DNA from: an uncultured Candidatus Saccharibacteria bacterium
Lineage (GTDB): Bacteria > Patescibacteriota > Saccharimonadia > CAILAD01 > GCA-016700035
DNA length: 53,862 nt
Assembly (NCBI GenBank): GCA_964432055.1
Contig: CAYSMD010000002.1
Coordinates: 1 to 53,862, forward strand
Direction of reading: 5' to 3'
Both the position numbers and the translations under genes were made by a program. The notes under the pieces were generated by a model. That model saw only the letters and a list, made by a program, of their open reading frames with translations, did no database searches and was not told the DNA's origin. Positions 35,712-44,200 of this stretch are shown here, in pieces. The first letter of the stretch is position 1, and each line of letters starts with the position of its first letter.

Positions 35712-36542
35712 CTATTTATAGTATGTTTTACCTACTACTCTAACATCAACGTATTCAACTACTGCCTTTCCGGAGCTCTTAGCAGTGGCTCTCGTTGCTT
35801 CATACGCTGCTAGCTGCTCCCCTGCTCCGCGCGTCGTAGCCATTCGAATGTACGTGCCGTCTATCAGTCGAACAATAATCTCTTGAGTAGTCTCACCTAT
35901 CTCAACCTGTACAACTGATATGTTTTTCGTTGCTGACTCCCGATAGAGTTCACTCACAAACCGTGCAAACTCTCGGTCAGCTACCCTGTCGCCGATTTTT
36001 GGTTCAAGCTGTACTGTATCGATCACCTTACCGTATTTCATATCTTCTTCTTTGGCTACTCTCAATACCCTGCCGTCGTCACCGATGAGCCAGCTCGACC
36101 CTCCCGACTGCCAGACCATCGCCGGCTCTGACTCCTGCATTTGGACGCGTACTTCTAGTAACAGTGTTCGGTTTATGTTCACTTTACGGAGTGTAGGGTG
36201 TTTGTCTTGCAGATACTGCTCAAAAGTATCAGGCTGCAAGAAAAGGACATTGCGCTGGGTAGGACGCTCTTCGAGATAACTTGCAAGATCCTCCTCAAGA
36301 GTTGCCTTGCTGAGAGGCTGATTCTTATCGATGGATATACCCCGAACACTGAGCCATCCCGAAAAGAAAACTACCCACACAAGTGCAGCAACCCCGCCAA
36401 TGAAGAGCATCCGATGTAACATCGTTCGCCATGGAAGCTGTCGTTTTGGAGTAGACTCTTCGGCAGCCGAGACTGAAACCGCGCCACGTCTGACCACCCG
36501 GCGTGGCCCTGATTCATTCACGCGTACATCCTCACGCTCCAT
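35712..36542 (-). CDS. ftsQ: cell-division protein FtsQ/DivIB-like (TM plus POTRA)
   Basis: A single TM helix is followed by SVRGISIDKNQPLSKATLEEDL...VRVQMQESEPAMVWQSGGSSWLIGDDGRVL. It sits in the dcw cluster, and its ATG overlaps the murG stop (TAATG). Confidence 0.8.
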   Translation of the reverse strand: MEREDVRVNESGPRRVVRRGAVSVSAAEESTPKRQLPWRTMLHRMLFIGGVAALVWVVFFSGWLSVRGISIDKNQPLSKATLEEDLASYLEERPTQRNVLFLQPDTFEQYLQDKHPTLRKVNINRTLLLEVRVQMQESEPAMVWQSGGSSWLIGDDGRVLRVAKEEDMKYGKVIDTVQLEPKIGDRVADREFARFVSELYRESATKNISVVQVEIGETTQEIIVRLIDGTYIRMATTRGAGEQLAAYEATRATAKSSGKAVVEYVDVRVVGKTYYK

Positions 36543-37705
36543 TAGTTATCCCGATCCTTATGCTCAGCTACGTCGATAAGTAGTGCTGCGAGCTTACGAT
36601 TCGCGTCGGGTTCTGCAAACCTACGGATAGATTGAGACAAATATTTTTGATCGGCGACTGACTCTACCAGAGCCTCAAGACGAGCCCGGAATCGACGCGG
36701 TGTCAGCTCATTCTGTGATAAAACTCTGGCCGCACCCAGCTTAGCTACGAATTCGGCATTTTTTACCTGATGATTATTCGCCGATGAAGGCAGTGGGATC
36801 AAGAGCGTTGGCTTGCGTAGCAATGCTAGTTCCGCAAGGACGTTCGCCCCACATCGACTAACTACCACATCTGCCAAAGCATACGCATCTGCGAGCTCGT
36901 CTTTGAGAAATTCGTGCGGAGAATAGTGATCCCGCACATCTTTTGGCAAACGCTGACGCTGGTAGAATGCAGCATCGATATGCCGCGATCCAACTTGATG
37001 AATAATATTCATGCCCGGAAGTAATTTTACTAACGCCTGGAACACGATTTCGTTGACGGCCTGCGCTCCTGACGAACCGCCTATAATAAGAACTGTGGGC
37101 TTCGCTGAACGAAGGCCAAACTCCCGACGAGCACGGCGGCGATCGCCCTTTGTGATTTCGTGCCGAACTGGGTTGCCGACATGAACGAGCTGTGCTGCTG
37201 ACTTCAGGCCGGTATATGCCTCAACCGGAAAACCCGTACCAATCGCTTGCGCCCGACTTGCGAGCAGCCGATTCGTTAATCCCATCACAACATCTGACTC
37301 ATGCAACACGAGTGGTATGCCGAGCCGACGAGCTGCAAAGCCCACTGGTAAGCCAACAAAACCACCTTTGACAAATACAACATCTGGCTGCAAGTCCTTG
37401 AGCAACCGGCGGGCATCGCTCAAGCCTCGACTAAATCGCCAAGCATCACGAGTGTTGAGTCCTAATGTCTTAAAGTCTAAGAGCTCACGAACGGCACCTC
37501 GTCCGTAGCGACGAAATTTTCCACTCCGGATAGCATGGTAGCGCAAACCCTGGGCTTCAACTAAATCACGCTCTAGGTTGCCTCCCGAGCCAATAAAATC
37601 GATGGTCAATGCACGCTTATCGAACTGCTTTGTGAGTTCCGCGCACAGGGCCAAAACCGGTGTGACGTGACCGCCGGTCCCGCCGCCCGATACGACTATC
37701 CGCAT
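36542..37705 (-). CDS. murG: UDP-N-acetylglucosamine-lipid I transferase
   Basis: MRIVVSGGGTGGHVTP G-loop, IGGSSGAQ, ANNHQ..NA. Confidence 0.95.
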   Translation of the reverse strand: MRIVVSGGGTGGHVTPVLALCAELTKQFDKRALTIDFIGSGGNLERDLVEAQGLRYHAIRSGKFRRYGRGAVRELLDFKTLGLNTRDAWRFSRGLSDARRLLKDLQPDVVFVKGGFVGLPVGFAARRLGIPLVLHESDVVMGLTNRLLASRAQAIGTGFPVEAYTGLKSAAQLVHVGNPVRHEITKGDRRRARREFGLRSAKPTVLIIGGSSGAQAVNEIVFQALVKLLPGMNIIHQVGSRHIDAAFYQRQRLPKDVRDHYSPHEFLKDELADAYALADVVVSRCGANVLAELALLRKPTLLIPLPSSANNHQVKNAEFVAKLGAARVLSQNELTPRRFRARLEALVESVADQKYLSQSIRRFAEPDANRKLAALLIDVAEHKDRDN

Positions 37706-38873
37706 AGGCTTGCTCCCTTTCTGTATAACGTGAGATGTTCTGCAAAATCCCAATTGCCACCATGGTTGCTAAGAGGCTTGTACCTCCATAGCTGATAAAT
37801 GGCAATGGAATACCAGTAAGAGGGATCAGATTCAACATGGCAGTAATATTAATCATCGCCTGAACAACTAGCCAAACTGTTATCCCAGTTGCAACCATGC
37901 GACCAAATCGATCTGGTGCGAACCGGGCTATCCGTAAGCCGCGCCAGCCGATCAGGCCGAATATTGCTACGACGAGTGTAGTCCCCCACAAACCAAACTG
38001 CTCGCCAATAATGGCGAAGACCGAGTCATTAGTTGCTTCGGGGAGGTATCCATACGACTGTAGGCTATTCCCAAGACCACGCCCGATCACTCCCCCACTA
38101 CCGAGTGCGATAAGGGCTTGATTGATATGATAGTCCGCTCCCGTCACATCATCCTTATGATTAAAGAAGGTTGCCAAACGCGCCATGCGGTACGGAAAGA
38201 GGATGATTGTCATGGCTCCTGCAGCGATCATCGCGCCTAGTCCAGCCCCGAACAGCCAGACTGGCGCATCGCTTACGAGGAGAATGGCGAGAGCGAGCGA
38301 GATAATGACAACACCAGTACCAAGATCACGCTGGAGCACCACTACTAATACCAATGTCACCGCGAGGATGAGCAGAAAAGGAATGAGACCCTCTTTAATC
38401 GACCTGAGCTCACTGCGCCGTGACTCGAGCCAAACCGCAAGGTATAAAACAAGCGAAAGTTTGAGGAATTCAGCAGGTTGAAAACTAAACGATCCGAGTC
38501 GGATCCAACGACTTGCTCCATTCACATTAAGTGATAAGCCAGGAACAAACACTAACATCATTAGTATGAGCGACACGATGAGCATCGGCAGAGCCCATTT
38601 GCGCCAGTGGGCATACGGTATACGGGAAGCTATCACCCAACCTACTAAACCAAGTCCAAGACTAACCACTTGATTGAAGAAAAACGTGTTTCGGTCGCTC
38701 GCGCCGCCAGTGATATTGAAGTTCACAATCGAGCCAGTAGAATAAATAACGATCATACCGATACCTATCAGAGATAATACAAGCAAACCAAGAAAATAAT
38801 CAGGCCGGTGATGCGGACGCTGACGAATGGCGCTGACTGTCGCTCGCAGATCAGCCACGGGCGATGAGACCAA
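37617..38873 (-). CDS. ftsW: SEDS-family peptidoglycan glycosyltransferase FtsW/RodA
   Basis: About 10 TM helices, with FQPAEFLKL and GIPLPFISYGGTSL. Confidence 0.9.
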   Translation of the reverse strand: MVSSPVADLRATVSAIRQRPHHRPDYFLGLLVLSLIGIGMIVIYSTGSIVNFNITGGASDRNTFFFNQVVSLGLGLVGWVIASRIPYAHWRKWALPMLIVSLILMMLVFVPGLSLNVNGASRWIRLGSFSFQPAEFLKLSLVLYLAVWLESRRSELRSIKEGLIPFLLILAVTLVLVVVLQRDLGTGVVIISLALAILLVSDAPVWLFGAGLGAMIAAGAMTIILFPYRMARLATFFNHKDDVTGADYHINQALIALGSGGVIGRGLGNSLQSYGYLPEATNDSVFAIIGEQFGLWGTTLVVAIFGLIGWRGLRIARFAPDRFGRMVATGITVWLVVQAMINITAMLNLIPLTGIPLPFISYGGTSLLATMVAIGILQNISRYTEREQAYADSRIGRRDRRSRHTGFGPVRGTHKAVR

Positions 38874-39876
38874 TTAACAAGCCCACTACCCCCATTATCG
38901 CGCCAATTACCCACATGCGCATGGTAACTTTAGTTTCAGGCCAGCCAATAGCCTCTAGATGATGATGCAAAGGGGCTGAACGGAAAATTTTGCGGCCAAA
39001 TATCTTTTTCGAAAAGATCTGAATCGCACTCGAACCAGCCTCGAGAACGAAAACCATGCCTATAATTGGCAAGACAAATACTGAGTCTGTCAGCATGGCG
39101 ATTACACCGAGTGTAGCTCCGAGCGCCGTGGAGCCAACCTGGCCCATAAAGAACCTGGCAGGATAAATATTAAACCAAGTATAAGCGAGCACCGCACCAA
39201 CCACGGTTGCACAGAATGCTGCGAGCAGATAGAGGCCTGAAAAGAAGGCAATCACCGCATATGAACCATAAGCAATAGTGAGCAATCCCCCAGCTAGCCC
39301 ATCAAGGCCATCGGTGATCGAAACAGACTTAGCGGTTGAGAAAACAACGATAATAAACAGTGGAATATAGAGCCAACCAATCGAGAAATCACCAACGGCT
39401 GGAACATGCAGAACATCATAGCCAAGCTTGGCAAAAAACCACCATGCACATGCAGCTGACAGCCCAATGAGAGCGAGGGCCTGCGTCTTGGCAGTTAAGC
39501 CACCACTTTTATTTGAAAAACCAAGGATATTTGAGAGATCATCAATAAGACCTAAGCCACCAAATAGGATGAGAGCCACGAGTGGTAGCAGAGTTTCGGC
39601 GCGATTAAGGTTGAAGAGGAGCGTAATAAGCGCCACCGAAATCAAGACAATTGACCCAGCCATTGTTGGGATATGACGCTTGTGCTTTTCGGCGTGTAAT
39701 TTAGCGAAGACCTTAGCCTTCTCGCCAGTTACAGCAGTCGCCCTCTGCTTACGCCACCACTGATACCGAAATGCCAATGCTGTAAAGATTGGCGTAACCA
39801 GCATCGCGAGTATAAAACCAGCCGCTGCAAAGCCGAGTACTGGCAAAAGTTGATTGGTCATGGCGTCAAATTGCAT
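38851..39876 (-). CDS. mraY: phospho-N-acetylmuramoyl-pentapeptide transferase
   Basis: PTMAG, ITDGLDGLAGG, LHHHLE. Confidence 0.95.
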   Translation of the reverse strand: MQFDAMTNQLLPVLGFAAAGFILAMLVTPIFTALAFRYQWWRKQRATAVTGEKAKVFAKLHAEKHKRHIPTMAGSIVLISVALITLLFNLNRAETLLPLVALILFGGLGLIDDLSNILGFSNKSGGLTAKTQALALIGLSAACAWWFFAKLGYDVLHVPAVGDFSIGWLYIPLFIIVVFSTAKSVSITDGLDGLAGGLLTIAYGSYAVIAFFSGLYLLAAFCATVVGAVLAYTWFNIYPARFFMGQVGSTALGATLGVIAMLTDSVFVLPIIGMVFVLEAGSSAIQIFSKKIFGRKIFRSAPLHHHLEAIGWPETKVTMRMWVIGAIMGVVGLLIGLIARG

Positions 39877-39915
39877 ATCTGTTTCCTTGCTTGTTTCTTG
39901 GTTTCATTATAGCAT

Positions 39916-41691
39916 TTAGCGGCTGTTTGGCGGTACTTGATAGTAGCTTAAGAGCTGTTTGGTAATTTCTGCGAAAGCCGGCACCGCGCTGCGCTCTGCA
40001 TAGGTGTTGGTTTGCGGATAATCGACTCGCACCAGCATGATAAATTTCGGGTCTTCGACAGGTGCAAAGCCAATAAAACTCCCAATGTTCTTATTTTCTT
40101 CATAGCCCTGTCCATTCGCCTTTGGTACCTGGGCCGTTCCGGTCTTACCGGCGATACGATAACCAGGCATTCGGGTGAGATATCCTGAACCACCTTCAAC
40201 AACCTTGACCATCATTTCTTTCACGGCAGTAGCATTAGCTTCTGACATTAAGCGCTCTTCGCTCGGCTTGCGATCTATTGTTTCGAGCTCACCATTGGGC
40301 TTGAGTTTCTTAGCTACTAAATATGGCTGAACTTTCGTGCCGCCATTTGCAATTGATGCAACTGCTGTCACCATCTGCAAGCTCGTTGTTGCGATTCCCT
40401 GCCCAAACGTCATGTTTGCGTAATCAATATCTGCGGCCTTCGGATCTTTGACTCGCCCTCTGGCCTCACCCGCGAGCTCAATACCAGTCTTTTCACCGAA
40501 GCCAAATTTCTGAATACCCTGATAGAGCACTTCTTTGCCGGCCCTGGTAATTTCCGAGGGATTTCCTCCTAAAAGTCGTAGTATGTAGACCATGCCGGTA
40601 TTTATCGAGTTTTTTATCACTAGGCTCATGTCGACATTACCAAAACTTTTGTTGTCGGCATTGCGAATTGTATATTCGCCAATTGTTACCGAACCAGAAT
40701 CGTTAAACGTTGTATCTGGCCGAACCTTGCCGCTCTCAAGACCAATCGACATCGTGAGCGGCTTAAAGCCCGATCCAGGCTCAAACTGACTCGATACGGC
40801 ACTGTTAATAAAGCTGGCGTAGTTATCTTTGCCGACCGAACTATAGTTATTGGGATCATAGTCAGGAGCGTTCACCATGGCTTTCACCGCCCCGGTGTAC
40901 GGATCCATAATAATCACGCTGCCGGAAGCCGCCTTATTATCGTCTAGAGCTTTCTTCAAGGCTTTTTCGGCCACGCCCTGGAGATATCGGTCAATTGTTA
41001 ATACATAGCTCGTGCCATTCTTTGGTTCTTCGATAATATTGTCTTGTGTCGAGATAGGCACACCAGAACTATCGGTAATCGCCTTGAGCATACCTGCCTT
41101 ACCCGAGAGGTCGGCATTAAGGTATTCCTCAATTCCATACTGACCCTTCCCATCACTGTTCACATAGCCAGTTAGGTGGCCAAGCAGGGCGCCTTCCGGG
41201 TACGCCCGATAGTCTCTATCTCGCAAGACGACGCCGCGTAGCTTGAGCCCCGCAATCCTCTTGGCCTGCTCGCGATCAATCTGTTGCTTGAGTTCAATAT
41301 AGCGATTATTTCCCGAGAATGTCAGCTGCTCGCGTAGTTTGGATTCGTCTGCCTCAATAATTGGTGCGAGTTGTTCGGCGGCCTCTTCTGGCTTCTCGAT
41401 CAGTTTTGGATCAGCATACAGATATTTGAGCGAATTATTGAGAGCAACCGGGTAGAGCTCTCCGTTGTCTTCCAGATAAAGCTCGCCTCGTTTCGCTGGT
41501 ATTTCAAATTGCCTGGATTGCTGAGCGACTGCCTTCGCCTGATAGAACTGCTGCCTAACAGCCTGCAAATACACCAACCGGCCAAAAATAATTATCAGAG
41601 GTATAGCCAAAACCCCCGCCAAAACATAGAGACGGGTTGAGCTCATGGTTGCTGTATTTGTCAGGCGAGACTGCCGTGACTGACGAAACAA
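39916..41691 (-). CDS. ftsI: class B penicillin-binding protein (FtsI-type transpeptidase)
   Basis: N-terminal TM and dimerisation domain, with SGFKP (SxxK), SIN (SxN) and KTGTA. Confidence 0.9.
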   Translation of the reverse strand: MFRQSRQSRLTNTATMSSTRLYVLAGVLAIPLIIIFGRLVYLQAVRQQFYQAKAVAQQSRQFEIPAKRGELYLEDNGELYPVALNNSLKYLYADPKLIEKPEEAAEQLAPIIEADESKLREQLTFSGNNRYIELKQQIDREQAKRIAGLKLRGVVLRDRDYRAYPEGALLGHLTGYVNSDGKGQYGIEEYLNADLSGKAGMLKAITDSSGVPISTQDNIIEEPKNGTSYVLTIDRYLQGVAEKALKKALDDNKAASGSVIIMDPYTGAVKAMVNAPDYDPNNYSSVGKDNYASFINSAVSSQFEPGSGFKPLTMSIGLESGKVRPDTTFNDSGSVTIGEYTIRNADNKSFGNVDMSLVIKNSINTGMVYILRLLGGNPSEITRAGKEVLYQGIQKFGFGEKTGIELAGEARGRVKDPKAADIDYANMTFGQGIATTSLQMVTAVASIANGGTKVQPYLVAKKLKPNGELETIDRKPSEERLMSEANATAVKEMMVKVVEGGSGYLTRMPGYRIAGKTGTAQVPKANGQGYEENKNIGSFIGFAPVEDPKFIMLVRVDYPQTNTYAERSAVPAFAEITKQLLSYYQVPPNSR

Positions 41692-41713
41692 ATCCCCTCC
41701 TTAAACCAAAGCG

Positions 41714-42121
41714 TTAGCGCTGAGCGTAGGTCACATTACCAACTGGCGCCATAGCAGACGCAACCTGCGAGTTTCGAGCCTCGGCGATTGACTGCAATCG
41801 CGCCGCATCAATGCGTAGCTGCTCTTTTTCGGCCTGAAGCGCTGTGCGCTTAGCCTCCAGCGTAGACACACGGTAGTTAAGCGTGGAAGCCTTTGAGACC
41901 TGATTTAAGTATAACAGGGATAGGAGCACCACGAGCGCAATAAGCATAAAAGAAACCGATATTGGCCCAGCCTGAACTGCTGTCTCAACTCGTGTCAGGT
42001 TTTGGTTGCGAATAAGTCGCGATTGGCGAGCTTGTGGGTACATACGTGCGAACTCCGTGTCTGTTTTAATTTCTGTGTGTGTTTGTTTTTGTTTTTTTTG
42101 GTTGCGAAAGGTAAACGCCAA
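41714..42121 (-). CDS. ftsL: FtsL-like division protein (TM plus coiled coil); likely true start ATG 42043
   Basis: Placed between rsmH and the PBP gene. It has one TM helix and then a heptad-like RVSTLEAKRTALQAEKEQLRIDAARL. ATG 42043 has GGAG 9 nt upstream, whereas the listed start is a TTG. Confidence 0.6.
   Translation of the reverse strand: MAFTFRNQKKQKQTHTEIKTDTEFARMYPQARQSRLIRNQNLTRVETAVQAGPISVSFMLIALVVLLSLLYLNQVSKASTLNYRVSTLEAKRTALQAEKEQLRIDAARLQSIAEARNSQVASAMAPVGNVTYAQR
42078..42091. repeat. copy 1 of 14-mer TGTGTTTGTTTTTG (minus-strand CAAAAACAAACACA) upstream of ftsL ATG 42043
   Basis: Exact match to 43195-43208. Confidence 0.6.
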
Positions 42122-42243
42122 AGACCAGAGCTAGATACTAGCCCTGGTATTGGTAATTACTTGATAACGCGTACTTTGAGCTTGGTTGCCCGAGGGCTCA
42201 TGTTGCGGACTGATACGGTCATATTTGGACCATCCTTTTTGTA

Positions 42244-43155
42244 TTATTTTTTCTTTTCGACGGCTCGGAGCTTTGCACTCCGGGCGCGTGGGTTGTAATC
42301 AAGTTCTGAAGGAGCCGCCGTGAGGGGCTTTTTGGTGAGCAAGCGGTAATTGGATTCCTGTAATGCTTGTCCTGTAATAGTATCGCATATATCGCGAGCC
42401 ATGTCACGCATTTTTTGCTTGATTTTTCGGTCTTCTAGCGAATGAAATGAAATCACTGCGAATCGACCACCTGGCGCCAGCTTGTGCGACCCTATTTCTA
42501 GAAGCGTATCGAGAGCCGTGAGCTCTTGATTAAGAGCAATACGCAGTGCCTGGAAGGTACGAGTTGCCGGATCGATGCGCCCCGGCTTTCCAACTGACTG
42601 CCCCCGAATAGCCTGCGCTAGATCCACGGTAGTCTGTAAGCTGCCTGCATCCCGCGCCACTATGATAGCGCGAGCAATTTGCCGGGAACGTCGCTCTTCT
42701 CCAAAACGCCAGATTATATCTGCGAGCTCTACTTCATCGATGTCGGCTAGGAACTCTTGCAAACTGACTCCAGAATCAGTATTCATGCGCATATCAAGCG
42801 GCCCTTCTGCACGAAAAGAAAAGCCTCGAGCCGGATCGTCTAGTTGGAGACTGCTCACCCCTAAGTCAGCCAAAATCATATCTGCCGGAGGGAGCGTATC
42901 CAAATCAAGATCAGCGAAGTTCTGATGGAACACCTGAACCCGAGCGTCATCTCGAAACCGTTCTCGAAGTGATGAGACCGCAGCTGGATCTTGATCAATT
43001 AAAATCGCCCTACCCGCCTCACCGATTCGCTCGAGTACTGCTGCTGCATGCCCGCCAAAGCCTGCCGTGACATCAATGTAGGTTTCGCCTGGCTGCGGGT
43101 CTAAAACTTCGAGGACGGTATTCAAGAGTACTGGAGTATGGGGTGAAGTGTTCAC
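42244..43155 (-). CDS. rsmH: 16S rRNA (cytosine1402-N4)-methyltransferase
   Basis: HTPVLL, DVTAGFGGH, DLGVSSLQLD, SFHSLEDR. Confidence 0.95.
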   Translation of the reverse strand: MNTSPHTPVLLNTVLEVLDPQPGETYIDVTAGFGGHAAAVLERIGEAGRAILIDQDPAAVSSLRERFRDDARVQVFHQNFADLDLDTLPPADMILADLGVSSLQLDDPARGFSFRAEGPLDMRMNTDSGVSLQEFLADIDEVELADIIWRFGEERRSRQIARAIIVARDAGSLQTTVDLAQAIRGQSVGKPGRIDPATRTFQALRIALNQELTALDTLLEIGSHKLAPGGRFAVISFHSLEDRKIKQKMRDMARDICDTITGQALQESNYRLLTKKPLTAAPSELDYNPRARSAKLRAVEKKK

Positions 43156-43194
43156 CCTCCAAGGTTACCTATTTAGCAGCCAACTGTCTATTTT

Positions 43195-43208
43195 TGTGTT
43201 TGTTTTTG
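43195..43208. repeat. copy 2 of 14-mer TGTGTTTGTTTTTG, 39 nt upstream of the rsmH start
   Basis: Exact match to 42078-42091. Confidence 0.6.
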
Positions 43209-43288
43209 AAAAAGTGTGAGGTGGTTTTTGCTACGAGTAGTAGCGATGTGTGGCAAGGACCATTTTTGAGTAAAAATGAGTCCTTGGC

Positions 43289-43304
43289 GTACAGAATTCT
43301 GTAC
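43289..43304. promoter_or_regulatory. perfect 16-bp palindrome GTACAGAATTCTGTAC in the dcw leader region
   Basis: Read directly. It is flanked by two GTGAGGTGG copies (43216-43224 and 43329-43337). Confidence 0.35.
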
Positions 43305-43681
43305 TAGTTTCAAAAGAGTTGAAAGTTTGTGAGGTGGAGTTTTCTTCGATAGAAAAATGTGCACGCTTCTATTTGGATACGCCAAAGCAACGGGGGCGCT
43401 GCTGACTGCCAAATAGCTAATCTGGAGTTTTCATACTGTATTGGTTTTTATGTTTATTTCAAAGTTCTGATTTGATGATCTCAAATCCCATCATTTACAA
43501 TCGGCCAAGTCCAGGACAGACTGATGCCAAATGACGATTTTCGAGTAAGGTACGAGTTCTATTTCTTGACCCACAGGATCCCACTACCATCACTATAGTA
43601 CCGCCTATGCTTAACGTCAATGTTTCTAACATAAGAATTTTGACGTTATCCACAACTTTCTGCATAATAGGCACCAAGACT

Positions 43682-44200
43682 ATGCCTCGACATAAAAAAC
43701 ATCGTAATCACTTTATCCTTTCATCGAACTACGTACGCTCAAGTTTCTTTGGCATCGAAGATAGCCTCGTATCTACAACTGGGCTCATCGCTGGCCTCTC
43801 TGTGGGGACCACGGACACCAAGTTCATCTTGCTAGCTGGCTTCGTTGCTGTAGCCGTTGAAGCAGTCTCTATGGCGGCCGGAGAATTTCTCTCTGAAGAA
43901 ACTGAGCAGGATTTGTCGCGCCGAAAGCGTCGTAGTAGCCCAGTCATAGGTGGGATAATTATGCTGATTTCATATTTCTTGGCTGGCATGATACCGATCC
44001 TGCCAATCATCCTCTTCCCCCCGAGCTACGCCATCTACGTTTCAATGGCTGCAGCCCTAGCTGGCCTCTTCTGCCTCGGACTTGTAAAAGGTACACTCAC
44101 GCGAAAAGGCGTGCTTAGGAGTGGGCTTCAGGTGTTTTTCGTGGGCGGAATCGCCGCAGCGATCGGCGTTGTCGTCGGAATCGTATTCCGCGGAGTCTAA
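43682..44200 (+). CDS. VIT1/CCC1-family (iron/manganese transporter-like) membrane protein
   Basis: FFGIEDSLVSTTGLIAGLSVG and AAGEFLSEETE, plus C-terminal TM helices. Confidence 0.75.
   Translation: MPRHKKHRNHFILSSNYVRSSFFGIEDSLVSTTGLIAGLSVGTTDTKFILLAGFVAVAVEAVSMAAGEFLSEETEQDLSRRKRRSSPVIGGIIMLISYFLAGMIPILPIILFPPSYAIYVSMAAALAGLFCLGLVKGTLTRKGVLRSGLQVFFVGGIAAAIGVVVGIVFRGV

Noticed and set aside
43188-43412. 74-aa minus-strand ORF upstream of rsmH, considered as a possible MraZ
   Set aside because: It has no DxxGR/SpoVT-AbrB-like motifs, is half the length of MraZ, and overlaps the repeated or palindromic elements. Treated as non-coding.
43646-43654. Consensus DnaA box TTATCCACA, considered as an oriC hint
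   Set aside because: It is a single copy with no cluster of boxes, no adjacent dnaA/dnaN and no obvious AT-rich unwinding element. One 9-mer is within chance expectation for the window.
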